A stretch of 64,000 nt of DNA. It comes from Longimicrobiales bacterium. Lineage in GTDB: Bacteria > Gemmatimonadota > Gemmatimonadetes > Longimicrobiales > Gaopeijiaceae. Under the pieces are notes generated by a model. That model had not been told where the DNA came from, did no database searches, and saw only the letters and a list, made by a program, of their open reading frames with translations. The stretch spans positions 1-64,000 of the forward strand of contig CBDBCF010000002.1 of the NCBI GenBank assembly GCA_965202985.1. Reading direction: 5' to 3'. The position numbers and the translations under genes were made by a program. The number at the start of each line of letters is the position of its first letter. Position 1 is the first letter of the stretch. Of this stretch, positions 29,790 to 39,387 are shown piece after piece.

Positions 29790-31175
29790 GTGGCGCGACG
29801 TCCGCTTGTTCGTTGTATGCTGGGCGTGGCCGCGCTTGGTACTGCTGTCGCTGCCTCGGCCTGCGCCGACTCGCGTGCCGGCGACACCTCGGACCTTTCC
29901 GACGGCGCCCCAATTCCGGCCCGAGAGACGGCCACGCCGGCGGCGCCCGGCAGCGGCCAGCCGTTCCTGGCCTCGGAGGCGGCGGGCGGCGTGTGGATGA
30001 GCTGGACCGAGCCTGCGCCCGGCGGTGGGCACCGGATCGCGGCGGCCCACTTCGACGGCGGGGGCGAAGGCGGGAGCGACGGCGGTGTCGGCCGTACCGA
30101 CGGCCGGTGGGGGACGCCGGTCACGATCGCTCAGGGCCGCGACTTCTTCGTCAACTGGGCCGACTTCCCCTCGATCCACGTCTTCGGCGAGCTGCTGGTG
30201 GCCCACTGGCTGCAGCGGGGCGGGGGCGAAGGCACGTACGACTACGGGGTCCGCCTGGCTTGGTCCCGGGACGAGGGCGCGACCTGGTCCGAGCCGTGGA
30301 TGCCTCACGAAGACGGCACGCCCACCGAGCACGGCTTCGTCTCGGTGTTCCAAGCGGGCGGCCGCGCGCGCGGTCTTGGCGCGCCGCAGACGGGCGACCG
30401 GGGCCCGGCGGGCGGGCAGGTTTGGGCCGCTTGGCTGGACGGGCGGGCCATGGTGGCGCCGGGCGGCCCCATGTCGCTCCGCGCGCGGATGTTGCCCGTG
30501 CCGGGCGAAGCCGGTCCCGACGAAACCCGCCCCGGTCCCGAAGAGACCCTGGACGACCGGATTTGCGAGTGCTGCCAGACCGACGCGGTGGTCGCGGCGG
30601 GCGTTCCCGTCGTGGCGTTCCGCGACCGGGGCGAAGGCGAGCTTCGCAACGTCCACGTCGTGCGGCGCCTGCCCGACGGCTGGACCGAGAGCGTTCCCGT
30701 CCACGACGACGGTTGGATCGTCGGCGGATGCCCCGTGAACGGTCCGGCGATGGCCGAACGGAATGGCCGGGTTGCCGTGGCTTGGTTCACCGCGCCCGAC
30801 GGCGAGGCACGCGTCAACGTGGCGTTCTCGCGCGACGGCGGGGTCGCATTCGGCCCGGCGTTCCGAATCGACGCAGGCCGGGCCGCGGGCCGCGTGGACG
30901 TGGTGGCGCTGGACGACGGCTCCGCCCTGGCCACTTGGCTGGAGCGCGAAGAAGCTGGAGGCGCCGTCGTCCTGAGCCGACGGGTGACGCCGGACGGGGC
31001 CATGGGCCCCCCGCGAGCACTGGTGGCGTCCACGGACGACCGCGCGTCGGGCTTCCCCCGAATCGCTCGACTGGGGACCGACCGCCTCGTGATGGCGTGG
31101 ACCGCCGTCGCCGGCGACCAGTCTCGAGTGCGCGCCGCCGTCTTCGATATGGACGCGTGGGACGCACCACGGTGA
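29790..31175 (+). CDS. BNR/sialidase-fold-like lipoprotein
   Basis: Lipobox-like ASAC; NWADFP; Asp-boxes SRDEGATW and SRDGGVAF; CECCQT; GCPVNGP. Start uncertain (29685, 29790 or 29817). Confidence 0.7.
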   Translation: MARRPLVRCMLGVAALGTAVAASACADSRAGDTSDLSDGAPIPARETATPAAPGSGQPFLASEAAGGVWMSWTEPAPGGGHRIAAAHFDGGGEGGSDGGVGRTDGRWGTPVTIAQGRDFFVNWADFPSIHVFGELLVAHWLQRGGGEGTYDYGVRLAWSRDEGATWSEPWMPHEDGTPTEHGFVSVFQAGGRARGLGAPQTGDRGPAGGQVWAAWLDGRAMVAPGGPMSLRARMLPVPGEAGPDETRPGPEETLDDRICECCQTDAVVAAGVPVVAFRDRGEGELRNVHVVRRLPDGWTESVPVHDDGWIVGGCPVNGPAMAERNGRVAVAWFTAPDGEARVNVAFSRDGGVAFGPAFRIDAGRAAGRVDVVALDDGSALATWLEREEAGGAVVLSRRVTPDGAMGPPRALVASTDDRASGFPRIARLGTDRLVMAWTAVAGDQSRVRAAVFDMDAWDAPR

Positions 31176-32230
31176 CGCAAGCCGTTGCGGGCCCGGGCGC
31201 CGCGGCTCGCTTCTCCGCCGCCGCCGCCGACTTCTCGCGCCGTCGAGCCGTCGTGCTGGGCGACGTCATGCTCGACCGCTACGTGGAGGGTCCCGCCGAC
31301 CGGGTCTCTCCCGAGGCGCCGGTGCCCGTGGTGCGCGTGGACAAGGAATGGGACGCCGTCGGGGGTGCCGGAAACGTGGCTGCGAACATCCGGGCCCTCG
31401 GGGCGCAGTGCGACTTGGTGGCCGTCGTGGGAGACGACCGGGCCGGCCGCGCGATCGACCGCATCCTGGGCGGGATCGACGTGGGTTGCCGCTTCGCTGC
31501 CGTGGCCGAGCGCCCCACGACCGTCAAGACGCGAGTGATCGCCCAGGGTCAGCAAGTGGTGCGCGTGGACCGCGAAGACGACGCCGTCCACTCCCCCGCC
31601 ACCGAAGCGCTCGTGCGGGACTTGGTCCGGAAACGGCTGGCGGACGCCGACGTGCTGGTGCTGGCCGACTACGACAAAGGCGTCCTGGCCGCCGATGTGC
31701 TCCGCGACGTCCTGGCCGCCGCGGCCGCAGCCGACGTCCCCTCGGTCGTAGACCCCAAGCGCCGGAACTTCTTCGGCTTCGCCGGCGCCACCGTCTTCAA
31801 GCCGAACCGAAGCGAAATGGAGAACGCCCTGGGGGAACCCGTCCGGCCCGGCGACGCGCCTTGGATGGAGTCCGTCCGCCAACGCCTGGGCTGCACGCAT
31901 CTGCTCCTGACCTTGGGCGCCGACGGCATGGCCCTTGCGTCCCCCGGCGGCGCCTTGAACCGCGTCCGCGTCCGCCCCCGCTCGGTTTACGACGTCTCGG
32001 GCGCGGGCGACACGGTCTCTGCGGTGGTGGCCGTCGCCCTTGCCAGCGGCGCCGACCTGGGCGAAGCCGTGCTCTGGGCGGCCCACGCAGCGGCCGTCGG
32101 GTTGGGGACCGCGGGGGTCTCCACCGTGTTGCCGGCGGAGATCGGGGCGTCGATCGCTGGGGTGGGGGGCGTAGCGGATGCCGAGGAGGCCGCCGGCAAC
32201 CCAGTTGGCCGTCCCCGGACACGCCCCTGA
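31172..32230 (+). CDS. D-glycero-D-manno-heptose-7-phosphate kinase (HldE/RfaE kinase domain only)
   Basis: GDVMLDRY...RVSPEAPVPVV, GGAGNVAAN, DYDKGVL, KPNRSE, YDVSGAGDTV. Confidence 0.9.
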   Translation: MTQAVAGPGAAARFSAAAADFSRRRAVVLGDVMLDRYVEGPADRVSPEAPVPVVRVDKEWDAVGGAGNVAANIRALGAQCDLVAVVGDDRAGRAIDRILGGIDVGCRFAAVAERPTTVKTRVIAQGQQVVRVDREDDAVHSPATEALVRDLVRKRLADADVLVLADYDKGVLAADVLRDVLAAAAAADVPSVVDPKRRNFFGFAGATVFKPNRSEMENALGEPVRPGDAPWMESVRQRLGCTHLLLTLGADGMALASPGGALNRVRVRPRSVYDVSGAGDTVSAVVAVALASGADLGEAVLWAAHAAAVGLGTAGVSTVLPAEIGASIAGVGGVADAEEAAGNPVGRPRTRP

Positions 32231-32455
32231 CCCACCCCAAAAAAGCCGGGCCGATCCAAACATTGGAAACGCCCAATTTTCGGCGCGAACTTGCATTCGC
32301 CTTCGGACCGGACCGTCTCTCGGCGCCGGCCGACGGCGGGGCTGGCAAGCTCCAGGATTCGACGCGATACTACCGGTAGGGTTGCGGGCAGGAGGCGCCG
32401 GCCACGACCCGGGGAACCGGGGACCACGGTTGCCAATCGGAGGGGAGGCGAGGGC

Positions 32456-33097
32456 ATGTTCGGCATCGACTGGGAGGCGGTGACCGCGATCGCCACGACC
32501 GCGGGGGCGGTGGTGGCGGCGATCGGCGTGCTGGTGGGACTCGCAGCCGGACGGAGGGCGCTTCGGAACTTTCGCCGGGAGATGGGCGAGGAGTTCCGCG
32601 TCGCGCGAGCCGAAACGGCGAAGGAGTTCCGCGCCGTGCGGGAGGAGGCGCAAGAGGCTCGTGCGGAGACGGGTCGCGAGTTTCGGGCAGTCCGCACGGA
32701 GGTGGAAGGGGTTCGCCAGGATGTGCGGGAGGCTCGCGTGGAGGCGGCCCGCGAGTTTCGGGCGATCCGCACGGAGGTGGAGGGAGTTCGCCAGGATGTG
32801 CGGGAGGCTCGCGTGGAGGCGGCCCGCGAGTTTCGGGCAGTCCGCACGGAGGTGGAGGGGGTTCGCCAGGATGTGCGGGAGGCTCGCGTGGAGGCGGCCC
32901 GCGAGTTTCGGGCAGTCCGCACGGAGGTGGAAGGGGTTCGCCAGGATGTGCGGGAGAAGGTGGCTGCCCCGCGGGCCGTGGCGGGCTCCGCAATGGTTCG
33001 AGAACCCTCGGTTCCATACGAGAGCGAGGACCGGCAAGACGACACCGACCGGCAAGGCGAGGCCGATCCCTCGCGACACGCGGACGAGGCCGAATAG
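32456..33097 (+). CDS. Membrane-anchored coiled-coil protein with 25-aa tandem repeats
   Basis: SD GGAGG before ATG 32456; N-terminal TM helix; EFRAVRTEVEGVRQDVREARVEAAR x~3.7. Confidence 0.75.
   Translation: MFGIDWEAVTAIATTAGAVVAAIGVLVGLAAGRRALRNFRREMGEEFRVARAETAKEFRAVREEAQEARAETGREFRAVRTEVEGVRQDVREARVEAAREFRAIRTEVEGVRQDVREARVEAAREFRAVRTEVEGVRQDVREARVEAAREFRAVRTEVEGVRQDVREKVAAPRAVAGSAMVREPSVPYESEDRQDDTDRQGEADPSRHADEAE
32678..32956 (+). repeat. 75-bp near-perfect tandem repeat, ~3.7 copies
   Basis: Units start at 32678, 32753, 32828 and 32903. Confidence 0.95.
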
Positions 33098-33170
33098 CGC
33101 GGGGGCCGGCGGTTCCGTATAGTCGAGAGACCGCCAACCACGAATGCCGTCGAACAGGAAGCGACATTTC

Positions 33171-33557
33171 ATGACCAGAATCGCCACCGTGCGGACCGAC
33201 GACGCCCCCGGCGCCATCGGCCCCTATTCCCAGGCCGTGGTGACGGACGGATGGCTTTTCGCCTCGGGCCAGATCCCCCTCGACCCGGCCACGGGCGCCC
33301 TAGTGGAGGGCGACGTCGCCGCGCAGACGGATCGGGTGCTCAAGAACTTGGCCTGCGTGCTGGCCGCGGCGGGCGGCAGCCTCCAGTCCGTGGTCAAGAC
33401 GACGGTCTTCCTGTCCGACATGGCCCACTTCGGCGAGATGAACGCCGTCTACGCCCGCCACTTCGGCGACCACCGCCCCGCCCGGGCCACGGTCGCGGTG
33501 GCCGGGCTCCCCAAGGCCGTGGACGTGGAGATCGAGGTCGTGGCTCGGGTTGCATGA
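33171..33557 (+). CDS. ridA: RidA/YjgF family enamine deaminase
   Basis: APGAIGPYSQAV, ASGQIPLDP, VVKTTVFL, RPARATV, VEIE. Confidence 0.93.
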   Translation: MTRIATVRTDDAPGAIGPYSQAVVTDGWLFASGQIPLDPATGALVEGDVAAQTDRVLKNLACVLAAAGGSLQSVVKTTVFLSDMAHFGEMNAVYARHFGDHRPARATVAVAGLPKAVDVEIEVVARVA

Positions 33558-33692
33558 GCGGTCCCGGTAGCGCATCTTTCCCCGGTCGGCGGTTCGCCGC
33601 CGGCCAATGAGCTTCGCCCTGAACCCGAGAAACGCTCGGGAGCACATACACAGGGAACGCGTGTCCAGAAACTCTCCAAGGGAGGACAACTC

Positions 33693-36600
33693 ATGACACG
33701 TACTTTGTTCGGAAGCAGTCCCGGAACGCGGGGCGGAGGGCTGGTCGCGGCGGCGTTCGCCGTGCTTGCCTTCGCACCGGCGGCCCAGGCTCAGACGGGG
33801 ACCGTCATCGGGACGGTGACCGACGCGGCCTCTGCCCGCCCCCTCGAGTCGGCGCAGGTCTACGTCGAGGGCGCCAGCGTCGGGACCTTGACCAACAGCA
33901 GCGGCAGGTTCGTGCTGGTGGGCGCCCCGGCGGGCGAGCAGACCGTGATCGTCGAACTCGTCGGGTATCGTTCGGCGTCCCAGACGGTTTCGGTCACCGC
34001 GGGCCAAACGGCCACCGTCAACTTCGCGGTCTCGGTGACGGCGATCGCGCTGGACCAGATCGTGGTGACCGGCACCGGCGTCGCAACCGAGCGCAAGAAG
34101 CTCGGCAACTCGATCGCAACGGTGGACGTGTCCAACCTGGAGAACACGCCGATCACCAGCTTCAGCGATGTTCTTCAAGGTCGCGAAGCCGGCGTGGTCG
34201 GGCTCCCGGGGGGGGGCGACACCGGAGCGGGCGGAAGGATTCGCATCCGCGGGTCCGCGTCCCTGTCCCAGTCCAACGAGCCGATCGTCTACGTGGACGG
34301 CGTGCGGATCGACCGGGGCTCGGGAGGCAGCTGGGGCGCCGGTCAGGCCCAGACGCGCCGGATCGACGACATCGACCCGAACTCGATCGACCGGATCGAG
34401 ATCCTCAAGGGCGCGGCGGCGGCCACGCTGTACGGCACCGAAGCGTCCAACGGCGTGATCCAGATCTTCACCAAGCGCGGCCAGCAGGGCGCGCCCCGGT
34501 GGACGGTCCAGACCAACCAGACGGCGTTGCGGGCGCCGCTGGACCGCTTCATTCCGCACGCGGACTTCCCGAGAAACGCCACCGAAGTGGCCCGCATGCA
34601 GGATCGATGGGGCGTCAGCCTCCAGCCCTACGAGGTCTATTCGACCCAGTACATGGCCGACTTCTACAACACCGGCTATGGCCAAGAGTACATGGGTTCG
34701 GTGTCCGGCGGCGGCGACCTGATCACCTACTACGCTTCGGGCCGCTACCAGAACGAGAACGGCCCCTTCGGCCTGGAAGACTTCATCAGGAACGAAGACA
34801 CGATCCGCCGTCGTCAGGGAACGCTCAACCTCAACATCTTCCCCTTCGACAACCTGCGGCTCCGCGTGAGCGGCGCCTACTCGGAGTCGAACCAGAGCCG
34901 ACTGGCGGGCGGAAACAACATCTTCGGCGTCTTCTCTCTGGGCCTCATGGGCCAGATGCGCCTTGCGAACACCGAACGCTGGGTCGAGAGAACCCTGAAC
35001 GACCCGGATCTCGCGGACGAGAGCGTCAATCGCTACGGCAGCTTGGCGTTCGCGACGCTCAGAGAGGCGGGCGAACGCGACAGCGAAGAAGACGTGGAGC
35101 ACTTCGTCGGCAGCTTGAACGCGAACTGGACGATCAGCGACGGCTTGGTGTTCGACGGAACCTTCGGCGTGGACGTGACCAACGGACGCAACGTCTCCTT
35201 CTTCCCCTTCGGATGGAACGTGGACGGGTTCAGCACGTACTACACGGAAGGAAACAGGGCCATCGGCGACCGGAACCACCGCGAGGTCACGGGCGACTTC
35301 AAGGTGTCCTACGACAACAACTTCACCGACGACATCAGCAGCACGCTGCTCGTCGGAACGCAGGGCTTCCTGAGTCAGAACGTGTACAGCGGCGGCAGCG
35401 GCCAGCAGTTCCCCGGCCCCGGCTTGGAGGTGGCGAGCGCCGGCGCAAACCAGTCGATCTCCGAGAGCTGGCTTCGCGAGGTCAACGCCGGCGTGTACTT
35501 CCAAGAGCAGCTCGGGTACCAGGACTGGGCGTTCTTGACGCTGGGCGCGCGCTTCGACGCCAACAGCGCGTTCGGCGAAGACTTCGAGACGGCCACCTAT
35601 CCCAAGGCCGCGCTGTCGCTGGTTCCGACCGATCTCTTCGACTGGAACAGCGAGACGCTCTCGACCTTCAGGCTGCGCGGAGCTTGGGGCCGTTCCGGTC
35701 TCCAGCCCGGCGCCTTCGACAAGTTCACCACCTATACTCCCCTTCCGGCCGAAGTCGGCCCCGGCCTGCAGCCCGGCAACCTGGGGAACCAAGCCCTGGC
35801 CCCGGAGATCACCGAAGAGTGGGAAGTCGGCGCCGAGTTCGGGCTCTGGAACGACCGCGTTGGAATCGACTTCACCTACTGGAACCGCGTGACCCGGGAC
35901 GCCCTGGTTGCCCGCCAGTTCCCGGTGACCGGCGGCTTCACGCGCACGCAGCTGGACAACATCGGCCAGATGGACGCGACGGGCTTCGAGCTGTCGTTGA
36001 CGGGTTCGGTCGTCAACACCGAGAGCTTTGCTGTCAACGTCTTTGCGAACACGGCCTACATCGACGAAATCGTGACGGATCTTGGCGGTGCCCCGCCGAT
36101 CAAGTCGGGGGGATCGTATCCTCGCTACCGGAACTTCATCAAGGAAGGCTATGCCCCCGGATCGTTCTTCGGAGCGGTTCTTGATCCGACGATGGCAATT
36201 CCGCTCGCCCTTGTGTCGACCAACAGATGCATGGAGCCTTCGCGCGCCGCGGCTCTGGAGTACTTCAGCGAGCCCCGGAGCCTTTCGGCGTTCGAGGTGA
36301 TCCCCTCGGGTTGCGCGGGCGGATCCGCCGAGTACTTGGACAGCTACATCGGCAAGCCCACGCCCGACTTCGCCGGGTCGTTCGGCTTCGACGTGAGCTT
36401 CCTGGACAACTTCGAGCTGTCCAGCAACTTCGAGTACAAGATGGGCAACTTCCACACCCAGGACCTGACGGGCGCGTTCCGTCAGGCCAACGCCGTGATC
36501 GGCCGCAATGTGCCGGGGACGGCACGGGTCGGCGCAGTGTTGCTCAACCCCGCATCCACGGCGGAGCAACGCCTCGACGCCGCCCTCGAATGGGCGCGCG

Positions 36601-36920
36601 AACTTCGGGCGCTGGCGCCGATGTCGGGGATGAACCAGATCTGGACGTCGGACTTCATCCGGTGGCGCGAAGTTTCGCTTTCCTACCGCGTACCGTCGGA
36701 CTTCGTCGAGAACATGGGCCTGAGCAACGCGACGGTCACACTCGGCGGCCGCAACGTGAGCCTCTGGATGTTCGGCGACTACCGGGGCATCGACCCCGAG
36801 ATCAATCCGCAGAGCACCTGCACCGGCGGAGGGATCAACTGCAACTTCCTCACGGGGACCGAGGCGTTCGGCGTGCCGCTTCCCCGACGGTTCACCTTCT
36901 CGCTCCGCGTGGGCTTCTAA
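33693..36920 (+). CDS. SusC/RagA-type TonB-dependent outer-membrane transporter
   Basis: SD GGAGG; signal peptide; IRIRGSASL, PIVYVDGV, IEILKGAAAATLYG..ASNGVIQIFTK; C-terminal RVGF. Confidence 0.92.
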   Translation: MTRTLFGSSPGTRGGGLVAAAFAVLAFAPAAQAQTGTVIGTVTDAASARPLESAQVYVEGASVGTLTNSSGRFVLVGAPAGEQTVIVELVGYRSASQTVSVTAGQTATVNFAVSVTAIALDQIVVTGTGVATERKKLGNSIATVDVSNLENTPITSFSDVLQGREAGVVGLPGGGDTGAGGRIRIRGSASLSQSNEPIVYVDGVRIDRGSGGSWGAGQAQTRRIDDIDPNSIDRIEILKGAAAATLYGTEASNGVIQIFTKRGQQGAPRWTVQTNQTALRAPLDRFIPHADFPRNATEVARMQDRWGVSLQPYEVYSTQYMADFYNTGYGQEYMGSVSGGGDLITYYASGRYQNENGPFGLEDFIRNEDTIRRRQGTLNLNIFPFDNLRLRVSGAYSESNQSRLAGGNNIFGVFSLGLMGQMRLANTERWVERTLNDPDLADESVNRYGSLAFATLREAGERDSEEDVEHFVGSLNANWTISDGLVFDGTFGVDVTNGRNVSFFPFGWNVDGFSTYYTEGNRAIGDRNHREVTGDFKVSYDNNFTDDISSTLLVGTQGFLSQNVYSGGSGQQFPGPGLEVASAGANQSISESWLREVNAGVYFQEQLGYQDWAFLTLGARFDANSAFGEDFETATYPKAALSLVPTDLFDWNSETLSTFRLRGAWGRSGLQPGAFDKFTTYTPLPAEVGPGLQPGNLGNQALAPEITEEWEVGAEFGLWNDRVGIDFTYWNRVTRDALVARQFPVTGGFTRTQLDNIGQMDATGFELSLTGSVVNTESFAVNVFANTAYIDEIVTDLGGAPPIKSGGSYPRYRNFIKEGYAPGSFFGAVLDPTMAIPLALVSTNRCMEPSRAAALEYFSEPRSLSAFEVIPSGCAGGSAEYLDSYIGKPTPDFAGSFGFDVSFLDNFELSSNFEYKMGNFHTQDLTGAFRQANAVIGRNVPGTARVGAVLLNPASTAEQRLDAALEWARELRALAPMSGMNQIWTSDFIRWREVSLSYRVPSDFVENMGLSNATVTLGGRNVSLWMFGDYRGIDPEINPQSTCTGGGINCNFLTGTEAFGVPLPRRFTFSLRVGF

Positions 36921-36933
36921 CGGATAAGGAGAG

Positions 36934-38262
36934 ATGCGGACAATGACCAAGAACAGGAACCGGAAGTCGACCCTGGGCGCGTTGGTCGGCGCGTTGATGT
37001 TGGCGGGCTGCGGCTTGCTGGACGTCGACAACCCGAACGCGCTCGTTCAGGAGGACTTCGAGAAGATCACGGCGGCGGCCGCTGCCGTGAACGGGTCGCA
37101 GGCGACCGTGGCCCGGGGCGTGGGATCGATCTACGCTTCGTTCTCCACGGTCGGAGACGAAATCACGTGGATCGGCTCTCGAGACGCGTGGAACGAACTC
37201 GACCAAGGTACGCCGGACAACACGGGCAACGAGTTCGTCGACGGATCGTTTCCGAGCATCGCCCAAGCCCGCTGGATGTCGAATTCGGTGGTGACGCTCA
37301 TGGAAGGGCACATCGCCGACGATCCGGGCAACACAGGTCTGACGGCGGAGCTGGCCCGGGCCAACCTGTACGCCGGCGTGGCGTACTCCACGATCGCACA
37401 GCTCTTCGACGACTTCGCGTTCAGCGATCGTACGGAGCCCGGGCCCCTCATCGGGCCCGACGGCATGAGAGGCGTATTCGACGAAGCGATCAGCTACTTC
37501 ACCGCCGCAATGGCGGCTGGAGGCAAAACGGCAACCCGAGCTCGGGCGGCAAGGGCGCAGGCCCATCATCAACGAGCGATTTGGGACCTGCTCAATCCGC
37601 CCGGATCGGCGCCGGGGAATCCGCTCGTGAACGACGCTAGCGCGAACGCCGACGCAGAGGCCGTGCTGGCGACGGTGGCCGGCACGGACTGGGCGTACCG
37701 ATTCGCGTATTCGTCTGCGACGGTCAGCAACAACTTGGCCTTCCAGGTGAACGAGCGAGGGGAGTTGCAGATCGGTCCCGACTACGTGACCCGGGACAAC
37801 AAGGACGAGATCACCGGTCACATTCTGACGGACCCCATCGAAGGTGCCTTGGATGTCCGGTACAAGGCGCGCGTGGACGAGTTCCTCAAGGGGAGTTCGT
37901 ATTCCTCGGTTACCATAGTCAGCGAGCGCGGGTTGCGGCTGATCTTGGCCGAAGCCGCGCTGGCCAGCAACGACCAAGACGGGTTTGCCGCACAGATCAA
38001 CATGGTGCGGGCCATGGACGAGCTTGCGCCGTACTCCGGACAGATACCGGCCATGGACATGCTCCAGCACGAGCGTCGCGTGAACCTGTTCCTCCAGTTC
38101 AAGAGGTTGCAGGATCACTATCGATTCGGAGTCGCGAGCCAGAACTGGTTGCCGGGTTCGCCGGCCGCCTCCACTCCGGGCACGATGCTGCCGATCACGC
38201 GGATCGAGATCTTGGCAAACTGCCACCATCCGCAGAACGCGAACCACCCTTGCTCGGGCTAG
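36934..38262 (+). CDS. SusD/RagB-like lipoprotein
   Basis: Lipobox LAGC + LLDVDNPN; LILAEAAL, INMVRA, HERRVNLFLQFKRLQDHYR; directly follows SusC. Confidence 0.85.
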   Translation: MRTMTKNRNRKSTLGALVGALMLAGCGLLDVDNPNALVQEDFEKITAAAAAVNGSQATVARGVGSIYASFSTVGDEITWIGSRDAWNELDQGTPDNTGNEFVDGSFPSIAQARWMSNSVVTLMEGHIADDPGNTGLTAELARANLYAGVAYSTIAQLFDDFAFSDRTEPGPLIGPDGMRGVFDEAISYFTAAMAAGGKTATRARAARAQAHHQRAIWDLLNPPGSAPGNPLVNDASANADAEAVLATVAGTDWAYRFAYSSATVSNNLAFQVNERGELQIGPDYVTRDNKDEITGHILTDPIEGALDVRYKARVDEFLKGSSYSSVTIVSERGLRLILAEAALASNDQDGFAAQINMVRAMDELAPYSGQIPAMDMLQHERRVNLFLQFKRLQDHYRFGVASQNWLPGSPAASTPGTMLPITRIEILANCHHPQNANHPCSG

Positions 38263-38275
38263 AAGGGCGCGCGTA

Positions 38276-38791
38276 GTGAAGGGACCAGTCGCTGCGGCTG
38301 GTCGGACGGGGTCCGGGATCGATTCCCGGGCCCCGTCCTCTTCCCGGGCCTTGCTCTCTTCCCGAGCCCTGTTGCGGCTGTCCGTTTTTGCACTTGCGGC
38401 GACAGCGCTGTGGTCGTGCGGGTGGTTCGAGGATCCCACGCCCGACGAGATCCGGGTGAGGTTGGAAGGAGACCTGTCCGAGCTGCACCTTGTTACTTCG
38501 ACCAGGTTCGTCGCCGCGACCGACGGTACGGGACGCTGGCGCGTTCAGATGTTCAACGCGGACACGACGGTGGTCTCGCTGCCGTTCGACCGGACGTGGA
38601 ACATCAGCGGCGACCAGCGCTTTGTGCTCCTGGGCAGCCTTGCGGACTCGACGGCGGGCCTGGTGCGCCTGAGGGTTGACGTCGACGGCGATCAGGCGTT
38701 CGACAACCGAATCCAGGCGCTGGTGGACAACCCGATTCGGTTCGTCTATCTGTTCAACCAGCAGATCCTCCAAGAGTTCGATCTCTTGTAG
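38276..38791 (+). CDS. Hypothetical lipoprotein
   Basis: Lipobox-like LWSC; operon spacing. Confidence 0.6.
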   Translation: MKGPVAAAGRTGSGIDSRAPSSSRALLSSRALLRLSVFALAATALWSCGWFEDPTPDEIRVRLEGDLSELHLVTSTRFVAATDGTGRWRVQMFNADTTVVSLPFDRTWNISGDQRFVLLGSLADSTAGLVRLRVDVDGDQAFDNRIQALVDNPIRFVYLFNQQILQEFDLL

Positions 38792-38794
38792 CTC

Positions 38795-39298
38795 ATGAGC
38801 CTTCGAGATTCGAGGCGCTCCGGCAGGCGGGCGGCTCTCTGCCTTGCCGTTTTCGCTTGCGGAGCGGCAGGATGCTATCGGTACGTGCCGACGGACGCGC
38901 CGCCGCCTGTCGGAACCGATGTTCGAGTCGCGCTGTCCGACGAGCAGGCTCTCCGGCTGAGCGAGCAGACCGGTCAGGTCGCCAAGACCTACGACGGGCG
39001 TCTCATGGGCGTCGGCGACGATTCCGTGTCGCTGTCGGTCGTGACCCTGAGGATGGCCTCCGAGTTTACGAGTGCAGCGACCTTTCGACAGACGCTGACC
39101 GTTTCCCGCGACGAGCTTGAAGGCCTGTCGGCCAGAGAACTCTCTGCGTGGCGGACCGGCGTTGTCGGGGTCTTGGCGGCGGCGTTGGCCTATGTTGTCG
39201 TCGACCGCGTCCAACAGGAAGTGGGGGGCAACACGGACGACGACGGGGACGACGGGACGCCCACAGGATCATTGATTTCGGGTCGGATGGGAAGGTAG
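38795..39298 (+). CDS. Hypothetical lipoprotein with C-terminal TM segment
   Basis: AAGC-YRYVP lipobox; hydrophobic helix near the C-terminus. Confidence 0.6.
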   Translation: MSLRDSRRSGRRAALCLAVFACGAAGCYRYVPTDAPPPVGTDVRVALSDEQALRLSEQTGQVAKTYDGRLMGVGDDSVSLSVVTLRMASEFTSAATFRQTLTVSRDELEGLSARELSAWRTGVVGVLAAALAYVVVDRVQQEVGGNTDDDGDDGTPTGSLISGRMGR

Positions 39299-39387
39299 GA
39301 AGGCGGAGTCGGCTGGCGATATCCGGCTACGGTTCCGGTCGGTTCCATTCTTGCCGCGCCGTATTGCCGTCGCCACGTTTAGCCCCC

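Noticed and set aside
32678..32956. CRISPR array
   Set aside because: Contiguous 75-bp in-frame units with no unique spacers, and no cas genes.
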